Below, piece by piece: positions 58,540-64,000 of a DNA stretch of 64,000 nucleotides (within the stretch, counting starts at the first letter, position 1; each line of letters opens with the position of its first letter). The stretch is from contig CAIMEH010000013.1 of assembly GCA_903839975.1 (NCBI GenBank), positions 15,999-79,998 on the forward strand, in the 5' to 3' direction. This DNA comes from an uncultured Candidatus Berkelbacteria bacterium (lineage in GTDB: Bacteria > Patescibacteriota > UBA1384 > 2-12-FULL-50-11). Position numbers and translations under genes: made by a program. The notes beneath the pieces were generated by a model, which was not told the DNA's origin, ran no database searches, and saw only the letters and a list, made by a program, of their open reading frames with translations.

Positions 58540-59921
58540 ATGATGGGAAGCGAATTAAAGCTTTCGAGATTCGTTCATGCATTCGATATTGAAGATTCCC
58601 TGGCGCTCTTCCACTCATTTCGCGTGGATACTGTGTTTTTGCCGAAGGAGTCTCGCGACTTGTTGGATAGGCTAAGACTAGGAGTTTCTCCTACCGAGGC
58701 GAGGAAAATGTTTGGCACGAAGTCGACTAAAACTCTGACTGATAAATATTTTCTGGTCGACTCGTCATACGACGAAATTGCTGAGTTACAGAAATGCGTT
58801 CGTAAGGATGTTTCGGGAACGTACTTCCATACGATGTACCTTCTTCTTGCAGAACCGTGCAACCTCGACTGCGGGTATTGCTTCTTTCAGGACGAGATGC
58901 CGGTTAGAAAAACAGGCGACCGTATCATGAAGGAGTCGACGGCCAAAAACGCACTGGATTTATTCAGTACATGGGCTGAGAAGAAACAACCCGCGACAAT
59001 TATCCTCTATGGAGGCGACCCGTTGATAAACATGAGGACGTTAAAGTTTGCTATCTCCTACACTGACCAATTGGTAAGCGAAGGTAAATTGCACGCTGAC
59101 ACGGTTGTCTCGATTGTCTGCAACGGCACTCTAATCAACGAGGACTTTGTTGAGTTCCTGAAGAGCTTCGGCCGAAGAGTGTCTCTAGGGATATCTCTCG
59201 ACGGCCCGCGGCACATTCATGACTTTTGGCGAAAAGACAAGAAGAAGCGGGGCTCGTATGACCGAGCGATTGCAGGGTATACACTTGCGAAGGAGGGAGG
59301 CTTGAGCCCGTCTATATCTTGCACGCTTGCGCCCAACAATCTCCCTGAGATTGACGCAATCACTGACTGGCTAATTGAAATGGAGCCGGCTGGAATGAGT
59401 TTCAATCTACTGGCCGATACATCCAAATTGCACATGGATGCTAAATACGCCGAAGACGCAACTAACGCTATGATCAGGGCGTTTAAGCGTTTAAGCGTTT
59501 AAGACAGGTGGGTATCTATGAGGACCGAATGATGCGGAAGGTGGACTCATTCACCGACGGCAGGAGATTCTACAAGGACTGTGCTGGCTACGGGGAACAA
59601 GTTGTAATCGCGCCCGATGGAGATATCGGACCATGCCATGCCCATACGGCAACTCGTAAATACTTCCGGGCAAACGTTAACACGCCTGGAGAGTTCGATC
59701 CTAGGAACGATTCAACTTTCGTTGAATGGAGTCAAAGGTCGCCCTTTACAATGCCCGAGTGTATTGGCTGCGAGGCTCTCGGCGTATGTGGTGGCGGTTG
59801 TGCCGCTAATGCCGAGAGAAGATCGGGAAGTATGCGTGGACTAGACGACTTGTTTTGTATTCACGCTAAGCAGGTCTTGGCCTGGATGATAACCGACCTG
59901 TACCTCGGTATGAATAGCTAG
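58540..59921 (+). pseudogene. Radical SAM/SPASM maturase 2, frameshifted by an extra 8-bp tandem unit
   Basis: CNLDCGYC in 58540-59502; SPASM (CAGY..PCH..CIGCEALGVCGGGC..C) in 59508-59921; removing one GCGTTTAA joins the two ORFs. Confidence 0.88.
59479..59502 (+). repeat. (GCGTTTAA)x3 tandem repeat
   Basis: Read directly; two units give in-frame RAFKRLRQVGIYED. Confidence 0.95.
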
Positions 59922-59948
59922 CTCGCTAACAGCGAAACTAACAATGGC

Positions 59949-60635
59949 CTATCCCAGCAGGGATAGGCCTCTTTCTATAAATTCGTTAATATCTTTAATT
60001 GCAATATCGGTAAGTTCCTTTTGAGATTTCACCAACTCAGGATAGTTATGGTCGGTATAAGCACCGGTTTTGTCCCAAGGCCATAAGCTTTTTAATACAG
60101 GGTCTAATCCAGTAATTGCAAATGCATATATTTCTGCAAGTTTCCAAGTGATTTGGTCTGGTACGTCTGGATAACCCGAGCGCATTTTAGAAAAAAATTG
60201 GGTAATTACTAATTCGTGAGCTGTAATTCGTCGTTGTTCTCTGAAATCTTTATTCCATATACGCGCAACTTTATTTCCGCCCCAATTACTTATTCCTGGA
60301 TGGAATAAACTGACAACACATTCATAATTCTTATGAGCGAGCGGAAATTTTGTTAGTTCGGCAAGGCGCTTGAAAAATTTTTCATCAATTTCATCCCAAC
60401 CTTTTTGGTATTCAGATATTACTTTGTCTAGTTTGTCACCAGTTTCTGAATATCTTTTGTCGACAATCTTTTCAGAAAGTTTTTTATCACCTCTCGCAAT
60501 CCTTTTTGCATCTCCCGTATTAATATTCATAACTTGAGCATATTCAAGAATACCTTCTTCGCTTCTGCCCTGAAGCATTATAGAAATCATCTCGGTGTCG
60601 TATTCTTTGTCTTTAATAAATTTAAGTAGTGACAT
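59949..60635 (-). CDS. Zincin-like protein with degenerate HExxH (HELVI)
   Basis: RRITAHELVITQFF...WKLAEIYA; same position relative to rSAM2 as 57215-58144 has to rSAM1. Confidence 0.55.
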   Translation of the reverse strand: MSLLKFIKDKEYDTEMISIMLQGRSEEGILEYAQVMNINTGDAKRIARGDKKLSEKIVDKRYSETGDKLDKVISEYQKGWDEIDEKFFKRLAELTKFPLAHKNYECVVSLFHPGISNWGGNKVARIWNKDFREQRRITAHELVITQFFSKMRSGYPDVPDQITWKLAEIYAFAITGLDPVLKSLWPWDKTGAYTDHNYPELVKSQKELTDIAIKDINEFIERGLSLLG

Positions 60636-60672
60636 ACTGCGATTATATACTCTCGATTAGCCAATTACACAA

Positions 60673-60691
60673 TTTTGACGCGGAGGGGGAG
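60673..60691. repeat. 19-bp direct repeat, copy 2
   Basis: TTTTGACGCGGAGGGGGAG. Confidence 0.9.
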
Positions 60692-60720
60692 GTTGGGTAA
60701 TAGAAATTAAACCGCCGCCC

Positions 60721-61008
60721 CTATTGGGGGCGGCGTTCATGATTGAGCGTCCAGTAGTACTGGAAGACGGCAGCAGCAGCAATGAATACTGCTGGCGTGT
60801 CAGATATCTTTAAGAACGTGTCTGGCTTTGTCCAGCCATACAGCGCCCAAAAAAGAATATTAAAGAATACGAGTAGGATGATATAGGGCGATACGTCCCT
60901 AACAGATCCGGTCTTCCGAACTCTTAACATCTGGAGCGGCAAACCGACCCAAGTAGTTATGATGGAAAAACTAACGGCGAAGAATCCAAAAACTGTGCTT
61001 GGTATCAA
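60721..61008 (-). CDS. SemiSWEET/PQ-loop small transporter
   Basis: Three TM helices; LPLQMLRVRKTGSVRDVS...WALYG. Confidence 0.8.
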   Translation of the reverse strand: MIPSTVFGFFAVSFSIITTWVGLPLQMLRVRKTGSVRDVSPYIILLVFFNILFWALYGWTKPDTFLKISDTPAVFIAAAAVFQYYWTLNHERRPQ

Positions 61009-61118
61009 CTAACCCTCCATACAAATCTTGTGAACTATACCATTCAACAGGTTAAAAGTCAAGTAGTATGGTCTAATTTTTGACGGTCTAAGTATTTGTC
61101 TGTAAATTTTACCTATAC

Positions 61119-61664
61119 ATGATTTCTTTTTTGCGTGCCAAGCCGAAAGTTGAAAAAATTCTCGTCAAAGACGACCTTTTTTCGAAGGTAGCAGAGATGC
61201 GCTATAAGATTTACTGCGAAGAACTTGGGTTTCTAGAGAAGAAAAAATACCCAGAGAAGAGAGAGATGGACGAGTACGATGGTCAGTCGATTCACGTGGT
61301 AGTTAAGGTCGGTAACCGCATGGCAGGTTACGCCAGAGTTATTCTTCCCAATGGCAAGAAGTTGCCTATATTTGAAAACTTTAAAGTTCCGGAAGAGAAA
61401 GATCCTCATCATGCCTGTGAAATATCTCGTTTTATGATTTCCAAAGCTTATAGACATAAAGATGAAACAAGACGTGAAATATTTAAGCTTCTAGCCGAAG
61501 AAATTTTGAAGATAGTTGAAGAGCAAGAAGTAAAAGTTGTTTATGCAGTTGTTGAGGAGTGGCTTCTGAAAAGTCTTCAAAAGAGAGGGTATGAATTTGA
61601 AAAAATTGGAGAAGGACACTTCCACATGGGTGCGGTGACTTACCCAATTAAGCTCGTGCTATGA
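61119..61664 (+). CDS. LuxI/FeeM-like GNAT N-acyltransferase
   Basis: RYKIYCEELGF..EMDEYD..GYARVI..EISRF. Confidence 0.8.
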   Translation: MISFLRAKPKVEKILVKDDLFSKVAEMRYKIYCEELGFLEKKKYPEKREMDEYDGQSIHVVVKVGNRMAGYARVILPNGKKLPIFENFKVPEEKDPHHACEISRFMISKAYRHKDETRREIFKLLAEEILKIVEEQEVKVVYAVVEEWLLKSLQKRGYEFEKIGEGHFHMGAVTYPIKLVL

Positions 61665-62689
61665 GCTCTCTGGCCCAATTTTTCACGAGCTGGGCAAGTA
61701 CGATTCAGTCAAGCTACGGTGTAAATCCGTGGATATTTATTGTTATTTACCTCGCTACCCTACCTTTTACTTGGTGGTTATTTTTTCTGATAGTTTTCTC
61801 GCTAAAAGATAAAAAATACTCCAAAGCCGGTTATTTTATTGTGCTCGAGCTAATTTTACTTGCGCTACCATACCTGTATCTTCTGATCTATATGCAAAAT
61901 ATTCACTGGTTGATAAGGGTGGCGGTAGTTATTCTAATATTCTGGTCATTTGTTTCTTTAAGAAAAAGGCTGCTACGCAAACAAAACGACTGGGATGATA
62001 TTGCTAAAGACTATGATTCAATCTCGAATATCTCAAAGGCTCATAAAGAAAAGATTGGCTATGTGTCAGAACTGGCGACCAAAAATAGTCCGAAAACAAT
62101 TCTAGATTTAGGTTGTGGCAGCGGCGTGATAGAAAAGAAGCTAGATGAGATGGGGTATAGAGGCGAGGTTACTTCTCTCGATTCTTCGGAAGAGATGTTG
62201 AAGATTGCCAAGAAGCACAGCTATAAAAACTTCAAACCCAATTTTATCTACCAGGACTTGAATGCTCAGCTACCCTTCAGGGAAGAGAAATTTGATTCAA
62301 TTATTATGGTCAACGTTCTGTTCTGCCTAAGGGACCAGAAGTCCTTTTTAGAGAGTGTGAATAAATTGCTAACAACGGATGGCAGTTTTGTATTGGTAAA
62401 TCCAAAGCCGATACCAACAACTGCCAACTTTTTCTCGGAACATTTCAAAGGTCTAAACCTGGTGGGGAAAATAAGGGAAATAGGAAGAGTAATTATTAAC
62501 ATTCCTGGATTAATCCATCTATTAGTATTCCAGAACAAATTAGATTCACAGGAAAAAAATAAAGATTCTTACGACTACAAAGATAAAGACGAGCTTGCAA
62601 CCCTCCTTAAAGGAGCTGGTTTGCTGGTGGAAAAAGTGGAGGAGATACAGGCTAACCAGAACTGGCTTTTCTACTGTAAAAAAGCCTAA
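61661..62689 (+). CDS. Membrane-anchored class I SAM-dependent methyltransferase
   Basis: Three N-terminal TM helices; ILDLGCGSG, LDSSEEML, FDSII; ATGA overlap with the GNAT gene. Confidence 0.85.
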   Translation: MSSLAQFFTSWASTIQSSYGVNPWIFIVIYLATLPFTWWLFFLIVFSLKDKKYSKAGYFIVLELILLALPYLYLLIYMQNIHWLIRVAVVILIFWSFVSLRKRLLRKQNDWDDIAKDYDSISNISKAHKEKIGYVSELATKNSPKTILDLGCGSGVIEKKLDEMGYRGEVTSLDSSEEMLKIAKKHSYKNFKPNFIYQDLNAQLPFREEKFDSIIMVNVLFCLRDQKSFLESVNKLLTTDGSFVLVNPKPIPTTANFFSEHFKGLNLVGKIREIGRVIINIPGLIHLLVFQNKLDSQEKNKDSYDYKDKDELATLLKGAGLLVEKVEEIQANQNWLFYCKKA

Positions 62690-62855
62690 GCAGGGCAGGG
62701 CTCGCCCCAAAAAGATAACAGCAAGACCCTGGGTCATTCCTAGTGTGGGTTTCCCCATGTTACTTTTAAAACTCGTGTGCACTATAGTGCAGTTGCGAGT
62801 GTTTTGGGATATAATATGCCCAGTTTGATCCTTTACAGAGACGGAACGATTAACT

Positions 62856-64000
62856 ATGGAAACTGCCACGAGAATATATGAATTTTCTGTCGGAGAAAGG
62901 CAATACACTTTTGACGGCGACGGCCTAAGGCTGTTTGAGGGCTCCTGTCTTCCAACGTCAGATTCTTTGCCCAACCAACCTAGTAATTTAATTGAAACGA
63001 GACCTGCCTTTCTGAGGAATCTCGCTCTTAATTTAACTAATAACTGTAACTTTTGCTGTGGCTACTGTTATGCCAAGCAGGGTAACTACGACATACCAGG
63101 TCTAGTAATGACGCTTGACACTGCCAAGCACGGCATTGATCTTCTTTGCGAATCAGTTAGAAAGAATGATAGCGAGAAGGCAACTATTGCCTTGTTTGGT
63201 GGCGAGCCACTCCTCGAGTTTGAGCTAATTAAAGAAATAGTTGCTTACACGAAAAGGAATATGCCTACTTCAACGTCAATCCAATACCTGATTACGACCA
63301 ACGGCACTCTCATCGACAAAGAAGTTGCTGAGTTCATGCAGGAGAATGGTTTTATCGTCACTGTCAGTATAGATGGGGACGAGGAGACTCACGACGCTTA
63401 CCGCCGCTACAAAAAAATTGGTACAGGAACCTACAACGATGTTGTTGCTGCTGCTAAACTTCTGCAAGGTAAGGTCCCCCTAACAGGTAGGCTTACTGTT
63501 GCCGAAAGAACGCCCGATGTTTGCGCTTCGGTTTTGGCGGTTAAGGCCGCCGGATTTGATCGCATTACCTACGCTTTCGACTACAGAATGAGCGAAGAAG
63601 CCTTCCAGGCTAGCCTAATCTCAGTCGAAAAATTACTTGTTGCATACGAAGATTCTATTAAGGCTGGAGACTATTACGATATTACCAACGTTACGGAGCC
63701 AATCACTTCAATTGTCCTAAAAAGGAAGAAGCGGTCGCACTGTAACGCTGGCCTTTCGTATTTGTCACTGTCAGCCGATGGGGCGATACATCGTTGCCCG
63801 AGATTTACAGGCATAAAACAGTTCTCTCTCGGCAAGATTCAAGAGAATAACCTACTTAGGGTCGAAAGTTCGATCCAAAGCTACCAACGCTCTCTCGGAA
63901 GAAATGCCGGGGACAGAGTTACCGGTTGCTACGACTGCGCTTTCGTCCATCTGTGTGGCGGCCTTTGCTCCCATCAATCGTTTACTGAATCCGGCTCAGA
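62856..64000 (+). CDS. Radical SAM/SPASM maturase 3 (runs off the window; not in ORF track)
   Basis: Hand translation: METATRIYEF..NLTNNCNFCCGYCY..LFGGEPLL..ITTNG..SIDG..HCNAG..HRCP..CYDCAFVHLCGGLC. Confidence 0.9.
   Translation, partial: METATRIYEFSVGERQYTFDGDGLRLFEGSCLPTSDSLPNQPSNLIETRPAFLRNLALNLTNNCNFCCGYCYAKQGNYDIPGLVMTLDTAKHGIDLLCESVRKNDSEKATIALFGGEPLLEFELIKEIVAYTKRNMPTSTSIQYLITTNGTLIDKEVAEFMQENGFIVTVSIDGDEETHDAYRRYKKIGTGTYNDVVAAAKLLQGKVPLTGRLTVAERTPDVCASVLAVKAAGFDRITYAFDYRMSEEAFQASLISVEKLLVAYEDSIKAGDYYDITNVTEPITSIVLKRKKRSHCNAGLSYLSLSADGAIHRCPRFTGIKQFSLGKIQENNLLRVESSIQSYQRSLGRNAGDRVTGCYDCAFVHLCGGLCSHQSFTESGS

Noticed and set aside
62690..62881. Precursor peptide for rSAM3
   Set aside because: Only a 21-aa ORF (MPSLILYRDGTINYGNCHENI) overlapping the enzyme start, with no SD; unconvincing. 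A precursor may lie beyond the window.

Overview
This is a 64-kb chromosomal window from a small-genome bacterium. Gene content and style suggest Patescibacteria/CPR, which is an inference. The backbone is housekeeping: hppA, pyrG, PMM, trpS, groES/EL, efp-rpsR-ssb-rpsF, a Xer-family recombinase, ndk, dnaE, rpmA, rplS, gltX, hisS, ileS, tRNA-Gln(CTG) and tRNA-Glu(CTC). Two accessory regions stand out. (1) 32.1-35.3 kb holds a complete diversity-generating retroelement: target gene with VR, TR, RT, and an avd gene on the opposite strand that the ORF track missed. avd and RT overlap head-to-head across one (GA)n microsatellite. Removing a single GA unit would put an ATG in frame for both genes at once, so this is a candidate phase-variable ON/OFF switch for mutagenic retrohoming. 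Three near-identical 11-6-11 palindromes bracket the DGR and a neighbouring HTH gene. (2) 55.7-64 kb holds a RiPP island with three radical SAM/SPASM enzymes, two Cys-rich precursor peptides, convergent HExxH-like genes, a shared 19-bp repeat, a LuxI/FeeM-like acyltransferase and a methyltransferase. Other oddities: a synonymously recoded duplicate of the efp 5' end, interrupted tRNA-Gln copies, an antitoxin-domain/polyproline fusion, a SpeD-NNMT fusion, an ACP-like protein with no attachment serine, and widespread leaderless-type starts. All family calls come from motif recognition by eye, not database searches.
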